Shown piece after piece: positions 1 through 11,689 of a stretch of 22,846 bases of DNA. Source of the DNA: Verrucomicrobiota bacterium (GTDB taxonomy: Bacteria; Verrucomicrobiota; Verrucomicrobiia; Opitutales; Coraliomargaritaceae); assembly GCA_039815375.1 (NCBI GenBank), contig JBCBZJ010000036.1, positions 1-22,846 on the forward strand. Direction: 5' to 3'. A program made the position numbers and the translations under genes. Below the pieces are notes generated by a model that was given only the letters and a program-made list of their open reading frames with translations, was not told where the DNA came from and did no database searches. Position 1 is the first letter of the stretch. Every line of letters begins with the position of its first letter.

Positions 1-179
1 ACAGGGGTTTTTGTGCCAATTCCCGCATCTGACCATTAGTAGCAATTTTTTGCCACAAGTCTTGTTGATTGAGTCGGCTTAGATAATCTTTGATATCCGT
101 TTCCGTAGGTGGTTGTAGGTAATATGCGCCATTTGAGCTGGATCTAGGTGGTAGGTTACACCAACAAATTTCAGTTCGT

Positions 180-716
180 TTGTCTGATGATTTAAGACAA
201 CGTCTCGTTCGCCTAAGCAAACAAAAGAAAGTTAGTCTAGGTGAATTGCTTAGGGCTGCTCTAGATTCTCTACCGTCCGAACTCCCGGACTTTAACCCCG
301 CAACCACTATGCCTAAGAAAAAAGCAACGAAGAAAAAAGCGGCTCCTAAGAAAGTCGCCAAAAAAGCACCAGCCAAGAAAAAGGCTGTGAAAAAGAAGGT
401 GGCTTCTAAGAAGGTCGTCAAAAAAGCACCAGCCAAGAAAAAGGCTGTGAAAAAGAAGGTGGCTTCTAAGAAAGCAGTCAAAAAGAAGGCAGTCAAAAAG
501 AAGGCTGTAAAAAAGGCTGCAAAGAAAAAAGTGGTCAAGAAGGCCGCGAAAAAGAAAGTGGTCAAGAAAGCTGCTAAAAAGAAGACAGCTAAGAAAGCAG
601 CCAAGAAGGTTGTGAAAAAGGCCGCTAAAAAAGCAGCTAAGAAGGTCGCCAAGAAAAAGGTCGCCAAGAAAAAAGTCGCTAAAAAGGCTGCTAAGAAAAA
701 GGCTAAGAAGAAGTAG
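180..716 (+). CDS. Histone H1-like Lys/Ala-rich basic DNA-binding protein with an RHH-like N-terminal segment. Start uncertain: ATG 309 gives the H1-like part only, and the frame is open from 123.
   Basis: From ATG 309 ([10 protein letters not shown]...) the 135 aa are more than half Lys, in KKA/KKV/PAKK repeats, with no acidic residues. The in-frame upstream region reads [37 protein letters not shown]. Confidence 0.85.
   Translation: MSDDLRQRLVRLSKQKKVSLGELLRAALDSLPSELPDFNPATTMPKKKATKKKAAPKKVAKKAPAKKKAVKKKVASKKVVKKAPAKKKAVKKKVASKKAVKKKAVKKKAVKKAAKKKVVKKAAKKKVVKKAAKKKTAKKAAKKVVKKAAKKAAKKVAKKKVAKKKVAKKAAKKKAKKK
359..480 (+). repeat. 60-bp tandem duplication inside the histone-like gene
   Basis: 359-412 is identical to 419-472. 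The unit encodes [18 protein letters not shown], and shorter degenerate repeats follow. Confidence 0.9.
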
Positions 717-745
717 TCAGCTACTTTCAAGATCCTTAGGCTAGG

Positions 746-775
746 CTTGCTTTTGCCAAGGCAGGAGTTTTGATT
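746..775 (+). terminator. Weak G-U-containing hairpin after the histone-like gene, possible terminator
   Basis: CTTGCTTT-TGCC-AAGGCAGG (746-765) followed by AGTTTTGATT. Confidence 0.3.
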
Positions 776-778
776 TCA

Positions 779-828
779 GCACTCTTGTGGTAACGTCACC
801 CAGACGAATACCACAAGAGTGTTTTTTT
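779..828 (+). terminator. Strong hairpin plus T7 tract (intrinsic terminator or attenuator-like)
   Basis: Perfect 13-bp inverted repeat CACTCTTGTGGTA (780-792) / TACCACAAGAGTG (809-821), inner CGTC/GACG stem, then TTTTTTT at 822-828. Confidence 0.65.
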
Positions 829-834
829 ATACAA

Positions 835-4274
<3,440 letters not shown>

Positions 4275-4311
4275 AGGCTTATTTTTTGGGATAGCGAAAC
4301 GAGTTTCCGGC

Positions 4312-4881
4312 TTATTTTTTATTGGGGAGAATCACACGACGGCGTGGGATAGTGCGCTTCGCGTTGTTTTGTGTCTGTTTGTTTTGCTGGGGAGGCAGAG
4401 CGTTGTTGCTGTTATTGTTATTCTTGGAGGCTGCCTTGATTTGAGGAACTGGTAGTGGGCTGTCGGTTGCCTTCATTAAGGTCAGGCGTTCCACTCGCCC
4501 GTTCATGTTAACGATAACTGTGGAGGACTTTTCGTCGAAACCGCTAACTGTAATGCCAGTCTCAGAGGCTTTGCCTTCGGTAATCCAATCCCCCTTCTTT
4601 TCTTTCTTGCTGAATATGCTGAATTTGTAGGTGTCGCCCATTTGAATGATACCGCGGAACTCAATTTCGCGACTGATCGGGCCCTGTGTCGGAGCAACAG
4701 GTTTCGGTGGCTTTTCAACCTTGACCCCGTATCCAGGCGGGAGAAAGGGGGATTTTTTGGCCAGATCGCTGGCGTATGAAATTTGGGCAGAAATGAAAAA
4801 CGCCCCTAAGACAAGCAATTTCACCAATAGCCTTAAGTAGTTACTGTAAATTCTTTTTATTTCGCAATTAGGCATTGTCAA
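4312..4881 (-). CDS. Exported or membrane-anchored hypothetical protein, possibly GspC/PilP-like (HR domain), last gene of the T2SS cluster
   Basis: N-terminal hydrophobic segment, Pro-rich linker (SPFLPPG...KPPKPVAP), beta-rich core (EFRGIIQ...TVIVNMNGRVERLTL) and a 4-nt overlap with the secretin stop. Confidence 0.55.
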   Translation of the reverse strand: MTMPNCEIKRIYSNYLRLLVKLLVLGAFFISAQISYASDLAKKSPFLPPGYGVKVEKPPKPVAPTQGPISREIEFRGIIQMGDTYKFSIFSKKEKKGDWITEGKASETGITVSGFDEKSSTVIVNMNGRVERLTLMKATDSPLPVPQIKAASKNNNNSNNALPPQQNKQTQNNAKRTIPRRRVILPNKK

Positions 4882-7004
4882 AAGTTTGGCAAGTTGATGC
4901 GAAAGAACGGTTCTTTTTTCTCTTTGTTCTTATTCTTCACCGAATCTTCGAACTTGCTTCCCTCCATGTAAGTATCACTTAGACTGTTTGCCTCAAGGTA
5001 GCTGCGAATACGATTCTCTTCTAGTGTGGTGTCTAAATATTTTTTCGATACTTCGCTAGCGATCGCAGGGTTCTGAAGAACAGTTGGGCGAATAAAGACG
5101 ATTAGCTCGCTCCTTAGATATTCATTGGAATGGTTGCCAAGGATTCCCTTTAATACAGGTAAACGACCTATTACAGGAAAGTAACTACTTCCGTCTGATG
5201 TGCGGTTTTGTTGTAGACCACCGAGAACAATTATATCTTCATCACGGACAGTAATGGTCGAGGTAACTTCACGTTTTCCGATAACTGGTTGGTTATTTTC
5301 GTCAATCGTGACTTCATCAACGACATCCTCGACAATTTGTTCAATAGTCATCTGTACGGTACCATCAGCTCCGATTAGTGGTGTGACGGTTAATTGAATG
5401 CCAATGTCGCGAAACTCTACTGTACTCCTAGTATTGTTACTGTCAAAAGAGTCGGTTGATGACGTAATAATTGGGCGTGAGTTGCTTACGTTGATGATGC
5501 CTTCTTCATTGTGGCTGATCACAATGCGAGGCGCTGATAGAATGCGTGTGTCAGAATCGCTATTTGCGTCAGAGACAGTAGTAGCCAGTGCGCCGTCGAA
5601 ATCCTTGGGCTCTCTGGTGTCTATGAAACCATCTGCTCCAGTGTCTAATCTGAGTCCACTCACTGTAGCTATCGCAACATTAGTGAATCTTCCATCGACG
5701 CTACTGTAAGAAAAATCAAAAGTACTAAGTCCTGTAGCTTGGTCATCATCAAGTGTGACCTCAGTAATCACTGCTTCGATTAGCACTTGAGGTAGGGGAA
5801 TATCGATTTTTTCGATTAAGTCTGCGATCGTTTTCAGATCTTGCTTGGTGCCATAAGCAACAATCGAGTTGGTCCGTTCGTCAGGAGAAAGGCCGACGAA
5901 ATTGGAGAACTGTAGTGATGCGTTGGTATCCGATGTGGTTCCGGGCGTTGTGGTGGTGGTCACGTTGGCTTGGTCGTTTCCACTATTGTTATTATTACCG
6001 TTATTATTGTTACCGTTATTATTGTTGCGGTTGTTATTGGTTACTTCGCGGGTAACTGCAGCGTCCTCTTCGCGGCCTTCGCGTTGCCCGCTAATAATGC
6101 CTTCGATAATTGGCACTACTTCCTCGGCTTTGGCCTGGCGGAGCTGGAAGACTTCGCTTCCGGTAAGCGGCGCAGCATCGACATCTATGTTCTTTATCAC
6201 ATCCATGATGATCTCAATATTGCCAGGATGTGTGACGAGAATGAGCTGATTCGTTCTTTCGTCGGCTGATACCGAGGTATTACCTTCGAGATAGCTTTTG
6301 AGGGAGCCTTGAATGAGATTCTGAATTTGGTTTTGAGCCTCTGTAACCTGAATAAAGTCGAGTTTGATGAACTTTACTTCCTCGCGCAGAGACTCCGGTT
6401 GGTCGGCTTCGGAGAGAATGGTTTCGATGCGTTGTAGGTTGATCAGGGCATCCGTAATGAGCAGTGCGTTGGACTTAGGGAAGGAGATGAAGCTGGAGTT
6501 TTGGGAGAGTAGTGGGCTGATGATCGTGCCGCTGGCCTGTTCGGCATTCAGGTAGTCGAATTTGAAGAGCTTTGCGTAGATTTGCTGGCTGGATTCGAGC
6601 CCGAGCGTGCTGTCGACCAGCATCTCGGGGACATGGCGATTCACGTCTGTTGCAGGGACAGCCTTCATGAAGCGACCACCCATATCCGTCAGCATAATGC
6701 CATTAAGGGTGAGCAAGCTTTCGAGTGCGAGGATCGCTTCACCTTTAGTAATCGAACCGCGCGAGTTGAAATTGATTTTCGCGGGCGAGATATCCTGACG
6801 ACGGAGGATGATTTTGTCGGTTAGCTGCTCAAAAAGGTCAAGCACTTGCAGCGCCGACTCGTCGCTCAGGATGAGAGTGCCGATGATCTCTTCAGGTTGC
6901 TCGACTTCAGGCTCCAGAGGGGTGCTCGTTTCCTGGGAAAACAGGCTGCCAGTTGTAGGGAGGATCAACAGGCTGAGCAGTATAAGTTGGAGAGGTGCTT
7001 TCAT
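4878..7004 (-). CDS. gspD: Type II secretion system secretin
   Basis: Signal peptide; N-domain motifs SNALLITD, ADERTNQLIL and PDERTNSIVAYG; DIPLPQVLIEAVITEV; ILSAPRIV; DIGIQLTVTP; IVLGGL; ELIVFIRPTV. Confidence 0.93.
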   Translation of the reverse strand: MKAPLQLILLSLLILPTTGSLFSQETSTPLEPEVEQPEEIIGTLILSDESALQVLDLFEQLTDKIILRRQDISPAKINFNSRGSITKGEAILALESLLTLNGIMLTDMGGRFMKAVPATDVNRHVPEMLVDSTLGLESSQQIYAKLFKFDYLNAEQASGTIISPLLSQNSSFISFPKSNALLITDALINLQRIETILSEADQPESLREEVKFIKLDFIQVTEAQNQIQNLIQGSLKSYLEGNTSVSADERTNQLILVTHPGNIEIIMDVIKNIDVDAAPLTGSEVFQLRQAKAEEVVPIIEGIISGQREGREEDAAVTREVTNNNRNNNNGNNNNGNNNNSGNDQANVTTTTTPGTTSDTNASLQFSNFVGLSPDERTNSIVAYGTKQDLKTIADLIEKIDIPLPQVLIEAVITEVTLDDDQATGLSTFDFSYSSVDGRFTNVAIATVSGLRLDTGADGFIDTREPKDFDGALATTVSDANSDSDTRILSAPRIVISHNEEGIINVSNSRPIITSSTDSFDSNNTRSTVEFRDIGIQLTVTPLIGADGTVQMTIEQIVEDVVDEVTIDENNQPVIGKREVTSTITVRDEDIIVLGGLQQNRTSDGSSYFPVIGRLPVLKGILGNHSNEYLRSELIVFIRPTVLQNPAIASEVSKKYLDTTLEENRIRSYLEANSLSDTYMEGSKFEDSVKNKNKEKKEPFFRINLPNF
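5996..6025 (-). repeat. Perfect 2x15-bp tandem repeat within the Asn-rich secretin loop
   Basis: TACCGTTATTATTGT occurs at 5996-6010 and 6011-6025, within NNNRNNNNGNNNNGNNNNSG. Confidence 0.85.
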
Positions 7005-7019
7005 TGAAATGTGGGTCTT

Positions 7020-7577
7020 TTAAAGGATTTGTTCCTTAAGATCGAAGGAGTTTATCTCGTAGCGCACGTCTAGTTCTTCGGGCTTACGGCGATTTGCTGC
7101 GATGCGAACGCTTTGAATGTTGATGTAAGGCGTATCCTCTTTGAGGAGAGTATTGAAATCGATGAGTTGAGCAATTGAGATACGGCTGAGTCGGACTCGG
7201 AGGTTGTGGTCGTTGAAGATCTCGCCTTCGCGGGTACGGACCGGATCAATGTCAGCTTTAGCGGAGAGGCCGGCGTTGCGCAAAAGGCTATCGATGCGTC
7301 CAGAGAGTTGAGCCGCAGCGTAGGTTTTCGACGGGTCGACCCGTTCGAGCGCACGCTTTAGGCCACTGCTGTATTCTTCACTGCGCTCCAGCCACTCTTG
7401 CTGCGTAAGTAGTTCAATGGAGGAGGACTCACGTTGGCCATTCCAATCAGAAATGCGGCCAAGCCAATGATTTGCCCAGATAAGAAGGATCACGAGGATG
7501 AAGGAAAAAGCCAGCATCTTCTCGCGAAGGCTTGTTCGCTTGTAGAGCGATTTGAATTTGGCGATCAGCGAGTTCAT
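7020..7577 (-). CDS. gspM: T2SS GspM-like inner membrane protein
   Basis: S-L-R-E-K followed by one TM helix, a coiled segment and a C-terminal alpha/beta domain; located after the gspL-like gene. Confidence 0.7.
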   Translation of the reverse strand: MNSLIAKFKSLYKRTSLREKMLAFSFILVILLIWANHWLGRISDWNGQRESSSIELLTQQEWLERSEEYSSGLKRALERVDPSKTYAAAQLSGRIDSLLRNAGLSAKADIDPVRTREGEIFNDHNLRVRLSRISIAQLIDFNTLLKEDTPYINIQSVRIAANRRKPEELDVRYEINSFDLKEQIL

Positions 7578-8755
7578 CCTTCCTGTCCTTGGTTTGAGAG
7601 GAAGGCTGTGTGATTATAGTCCAATGTTACCGTAAATGTAGTCTTGCCGGAACGAGTAATGGACTTTGGATCGCCGATCAGCTCGAAAGTGCCGGATTTA
7701 CGCAAGGTCTCAGTGTAGGAATTGAGTTCGTTGATGGTATCTGCTATACCATCGATGGTGATACGATTCTGGCCCTCTGTCGTCGTGCTTGTAAAGTATA
7801 TGCCCTTTGGCCGTGCATTGTTGAGAGCGTCTAGAATGGTGATTGGGCGCAGTTCGTTTTGGGCGACTTGATCGAGTTTATTCATCAAGCTCTGCTTATC
7901 CTCAATACGCAGTACTTCAGGTTCTTGGGCCGCAATCTTGGAAGTGCGCATTCCCATCCAGAAATTACCGGCGAGCAGAAAGCCTTCCAAAAGAATGAGA
8001 ACGAGAGCAAAGATCGCCCCGTATCCAGTTGCCCGAGTAGCCCATTTTGTGAGACGGCGCTTGTTCTTCTCGGCTATCTTGTAGGCTGAGTTACGAACAT
8101 CTGCGCGCCAGAGCGAAGCCTCGCCAGGGGTGAGTTTGCGCCAATGCCCGGTGATTTCATCGGAAGTTTTTTCTGCCTCCTCGAAGGTAAAGGTCGGCAG
8201 GCTTTGCTCACTGAGTTCGTATGCGGTGGCTGATATCTCAAGTTCTGCAGCACTTTGGTTCGCGGGGGGCAATTCTTCTTTCGTGGGGCGCGAGTCGATT
8301 GCCTTTGGCAAACCTTCCCCTTTGGAAAGTTCTATTCGGGTGGTGCCGTTTTCTCCATTTAGGAGAACATTTGTTGCTTCAGGAAAATGAGCTTCTGCAA
8401 CGATAGCAAAATCCGGCAGAACCCAAGTGTAGTTTTCGAGTTCTTCGAATCCCTCCTGCTTGAGCCTTCCCTTGTGGGCAGCGTAGACCAGCAAAGATGG
8501 TTCATTTGGGCTGGTCAGAAATCCCCAGTAGAGCTGTTCGATGGGAAAAGGTGCCAATCCCTCTAGGCTGAGTTCAGCGAAATCGTCGACTTCTTGATCT
8601 TCGAGACCGTCGGGGAGTTCTACGCGTTCAACAAAGAAAAGTTGTCCCGGGAGGACAAGGATATGCTCATCAGCCGTATTTTTGGCTTCTATTTCGACTA
8701 TGGATTCTTCGCTCAAGGGTAGGAAACGGTCACAATGAAGACATTTCATCCTCAA
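7574..8755 (-). CDS. gspL: T2SS GspL/PilN-like protein (true start may be TTG 8716)
   Basis: Cytoplasmic domain (FFVERVELP...LEGLAPFPIEQLYW), one TM helix and a PilN-like periplasmic domain (PKGIYFT...ITIDG...SGTF). 4-nt overlap with gspM. Confidence 0.75.
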   Translation of the reverse strand: MRMKCLHCDRFLPLSEESIVEIEAKNTADEHILVLPGQLFFVERVELPDGLEDQEVDDFAELSLEGLAPFPIEQLYWGFLTSPNEPSLLVYAAHKGRLKQEGFEELENYTWVLPDFAIVAEAHFPEATNVLLNGENGTTRIELSKGEGLPKAIDSRPTKEELPPANQSAAELEISATAYELSEQSLPTFTFEEAEKTSDEITGHWRKLTPGEASLWRADVRNSAYKIAEKNKRRLTKWATRATGYGAIFALVLILLEGFLLAGNFWMGMRTSKIAAQEPEVLRIEDKQSLMNKLDQVAQNELRPITILDALNNARPKGIYFTSTTTEGQNRITIDGIADTINELNSYTETLRKSGTFELIGDPKSITRSGKTTFTVTLDYNHTAFLSNQGQEG

Positions 8756-9848
8756 TGTCTATAGTTGAATAACGCGCAGATGGGGTTTGGGTGTTCTCAC
8801 CTGTGCTATATTCACTCAGTTGTAATATTTTGAAGGGGAATTGAATGGCTTCCTGCTCTTCTGTTGTGCCTGTGCGAATTAGGTCGTCGTTGCTCCTGCG
8901 TCCTGGTGCGCTGGAGGAGGCGGTGGCGTCCGAGCTGAAATTCGGTTCGACCAGTGCGCTGATGGTGTAGGGCACATTGCCCTGACGTAGGCTTACTGTT
9001 ACTCGTATCAGGTTTGTTTCGACCGTGCTGGTTGAAGCATTTGCGGAAGGTGGCAGCTTTTTAAGATAAGGTTGGTTGAGTCCGTCAAAAATGTATTCTT
9101 TACTATAGCCGTCTTGAAGGGCAAGAAGCTCCAGAACATCTGCAGATGTTTTGTTCAGGTTGACACTACCTGAATGTAAGACTGATACCATCCCTGAGAG
9201 CTTAGCGAACAACTGGTTGGGCTGACCTTCTTCATCAAAGAACTCGTCCTCCCAAACCTCGATCAGACGAAGTTCTTCAAGGGACTGCAGGGGGCTATTG
9301 GCTGCGCGATAGGGCGGTTTTCTGCGAAGGTATTTTTCGGATTCAGCACCGTTGAGGCGACGGGTGTCGTCTGGGTCGATCCAGTCAAGCAGCATGCTGC
9401 TGAGTTCACGAGCCGTGCCGAAGTCGAAATCAAGACTTTCTTCCAGGAGCTTGTTGAGCATTTCTTCGCTCATCGTGTTGATCGGCAATTTTCCACTCTC
9501 ATCCGTGATGTCAATTGAGACCTGCCAGTCGTTTGGCACTTCGATTCCTGCATATTGAATCGGATTTCCCCAGCCCTGTTCCGGAGCATAGAGCTTACCT
9601 TCATCGATTTCGGCTACCTCTTGCAAGGTTGCTAAACTCACCTCCAGCATACTGTAGGCGTAGCTTCGTATGTCTGCTGACTCATTGAAAATGGCACGAT
9701 ACTCCAAGTCTTCTAGAGCTTCTTCCATGAAGCGAGTGATCAGGAAACTCAATAGTACGATGATTGCCAGAACTGCGACAAGGACGCTACCACCTCTTCG
9801 CGATTTAAGCGGAGAAGAATGTTCAGGCGATGATGAGGAATTGACCAT
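8730..9848 (-). CDS. gspK: T2SS minor pseudopilin GspK
   Basis: RRGG|SVLVAVLAIIVLL leader without E5; DESGKLPIN, LLDWIDPD, NGAE, NSPLQSLEEL and VNLN motifs. ATG 9848 avoids overlap with gspJ. Confidence 0.9.
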   Translation of the reverse strand: MVNSSSSPEHSSPLKSRRGGSVLVAVLAIIVLLSFLITRFMEEALEDLEYRAIFNESADIRSYAYSMLEVSLATLQEVAEIDEGKLYAPEQGWGNPIQYAGIEVPNDWQVSIDITDESGKLPINTMSEEMLNKLLEESLDFDFGTARELSSMLLDWIDPDDTRRLNGAESEKYLRRKPPYRAANSPLQSLEELRLIEVWEDEFFDEEGQPNQLFAKLSGMVSVLHSGSVNLNKTSADVLELLALQDGYSKEYIFDGLNQPYLKKLPPSANASTSTVETNLIRVTVSLRQGNVPYTISALVEPNFSSDATASSSAPGRRSNDDLIRTGTTEEQEAIQFPFKILQLSEYSTGENTQTPSARYSTIDIEDEMSSL

Positions 9849-9858
9849 GAGATTGAGA

Positions 9859-10707
9859 CTAGAATAGCAGGGCGCTCTCCGATGCGACTGGAATCGCAAG
9901 AGTTCGTTCTTTGGTTACACCTTCGTATTCAAAAACAAGTTTGATGTATCTGGGCGTAATAAAATCGTCTTTCTCGCCTTCCTTTGGTTCCTCTTCTTCT
10001 TCCCAGCGTTCGAAGCTTTCATCCCAATAGATGTAGCGAAGCGCCTGCACGTGAGGGCTGATTTGTGTCCGGCGGAGATCATTTTCATCTTCCGCTTCTT
10101 CCTGAAGGGTTGAAAACCAGAGTAGACTCAGGCCCTCCTTGGCCTCAAAGTAGAGGAATGTATCGACTCCGAGTGCTGGGCTGTCGTCTTGATTGACAAG
10201 CAAGGGCGGCTGTTTGCGTAACTTGAAATTGAGTAGTGGATCACGAAAATTAGAAAAACCTGGTGGACGTGCCCACTCGACTGGTTTTTCGGAGGCCCGG
10301 ATCAGTGCGATGCTCTCCTGGGAGCGGTTTGTGGTGTTAGGTGTTGTTGACTCGGACGATTCTGGATCGCTATCGCCTGCGATGATCTCTGCCGACGGCG
10401 AATCTTCAGGTTCTCCCTCTCTTTCAGAGCCTCCTGAGCTGGTGTTTCCAGTCCCGGTAGACGGTGCGTTTTCGAGGGCAATTTCGACACTAGCTTCGAT
10501 AAAGCAGGACTGGACAAATTCAGTAACACCATCGACGTGGTCCTCGAAGAAATGGGCGTCCTGTCGGTCGATCCATATATCGCTGACTGAGACGACCAAT
10601 GTCGTGGCTGCGGCGAGGACAAACCCGGTAATCGTAATGGCGAGCAGAACCTCTAGCAACGTAAAGCCGGTTTCGCTTTGAAATACAGTATTTCCTTTGT
10701 CTCGCAT
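9859..10707 (-). CDS. gspJ: T2SS minor pseudopilin, GspJ-like
   Basis: Class III leader G|FTLLEVLLAI and C-terminal PRYIKLVF; lies between gspI and gspK. Confidence 0.75.
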   Translation of the reverse strand: MRDKGNTVFQSETGFTLLEVLLAITITGFVLAAATTLVVSVSDIWIDRQDAHFFEDHVDGVTEFVQSCFIEASVEIALENAPSTGTGNTSSGGSEREGEPEDSPSAEIIAGDSDPESSESTTPNTTNRSQESIALIRASEKPVEWARPPGFSNFRDPLLNFKLRKQPPLLVNQDDSPALGVDTFLYFEAKEGLSLLWFSTLQEEAEDENDLRRTQISPHVQALRYIYWDESFERWEEEEEPKEGEKDDFITPRYIKLVFEYEGVTKERTLAIPVASESALLF

Positions 10708-10709
10708 CG

Positions 10710-11171
10710 CTAAAAACGGTCAAAGTCCCGAGAGTCTCGAAGGGCACTGCGCTTACTCTCGAGTAAGTCAGCCCGTTCGTCTGATTCGGACCAGGTAGGG
10801 CGGAGTAAATAAAGGGATTCGCCGTAGTTTTCAGGTTGTCCCTCTCCTGGTTCAGAAAACTGGATGCTTAAAGATACACGAAATAGATCGATTACCTCGG
10901 TTGGTTCGACTTCAGCCTGCCATGTCGCTTCACCGCTGTTGAACGTGGTATAACGACCACCGTCTTTGGCGTCCTCAAGATTCGGTTCCAGGAGCAGTTG
11001 CATACGGACAGCACGCACGTCAGCGAATAGGAGATCGTCGCTCACTCGTTGTTCGCGGGCAAGTAAGGCGTTGACGAAGGTTGACATAAGGTAGCTGCTT
11101 GCCATGGCAAAGACTGCCAGTGCAATTACCACTTCGATGAGTGTAAAACCTGAGTTGCCTGGCCTCATCAT
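10710..11171 (-). CDS. gspI: T2SS minor pseudopilin, GspI-like
   Basis: G|FTLIEVVIALAVFA leader; size and position fit. Confidence 0.75.
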   Translation of the reverse strand: MMRPGNSGFTLIEVVIALAVFAMASSYLMSTFVNALLAREQRVSDDLLFADVRAVRMQLLLEPNLEDAKDGGRYTTFNSGEATWQAEVEPTEVIDLFRVSLSIQFSEPGEGQPENYGESLYLLRPTWSESDERADLLESKRSALRDSRDFDRF

Positions 11172-11689
11172 TTGTCGGTCCTCACGACGCTGGAAAAAGG
11201 ATCAAACCGCAGCCGGAGGGCATTTCCAAGGCCGTTGTCTATTTCAGCGATGAATGGGCTCGAGCTGCGATCAGGAGCGAAGGCGACCTCTCTGGTTTTT
11301 AGAGTGCTTCGGTCCGCGTCTGGAAATGGTCTCAGGCCTTCGGCCGGTGGGACAAGGTAGAATCTTATTTCTCCTTGGCCGCCCGTTCCAAAGTTTTCGC
11401 CCAAGCCGTAGCTCTGATCTCCCGGTTCGATCAATAGGTTGCCGGTTTTATCGTCGTAGCTTATCCGGGTCGTGACTCGCTCAGCTGCTGCAGTAAATCT
11501 GGCCTCACGTATAGCAGCCTGTAATATCTCCTCTGGCCTGTATTCCTGCGTGACATCGGAAAAAGTGGTGAAGTTGGTAATCAATACACCGGAAGCCAGC
11601 GCAATAAGCGCGACGACTAGTAGAATTTCAATAAGGCTGAAACCCTCCCTGCTCGAAAGCAGGGGCTTACTTCCAGTTGCCAATGTCAT
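11168..11689 (-). CDS. gspH: T2SS minor pseudopilin, GspH/FimT-like
   Basis: [15 protein letters not shown] leader and an [10 protein letters not shown] helix. ATG 11689 was chosen because it gives a short leader and a small overlap with gspG. Confidence 0.75.
   Translation of the reverse strand: MTLATGSKPLLSSREGFSLIEILLVVALIALASGVLITNFTTFSDVTQEYRPEEILQAAIREARFTAAAERVTTRISYDDKTGNLLIEPGDQSYGLGENFGTGGQGEIRFYLVPPAEGLRPFPDADRSTLKTREVAFAPDRSSSPFIAEIDNGLGNALRLRFDPFSSVVRTDK

Noticed and set aside
41..55. Sigma54-like TGGCAAAAAATTGCT on the minus strand
   Set aside because: Spacing is GG-N9-GC, one base short of the strict GG-N10-GC requirement.
309..716. Repeats in the histone-like gene as a CRISPR array or non-coding repeat
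   Set aside because: There are no unique spacers, and the repeats are in-frame Lys/Ala/Val codons.
9849..9899. Longer N-termini from the ORF track for gspK (also gspH 11752, PilW-like 22172, aspC 787)
   Set aside because: They create long overlaps or over-long prepilin leaders; downstream ATGs fit better.
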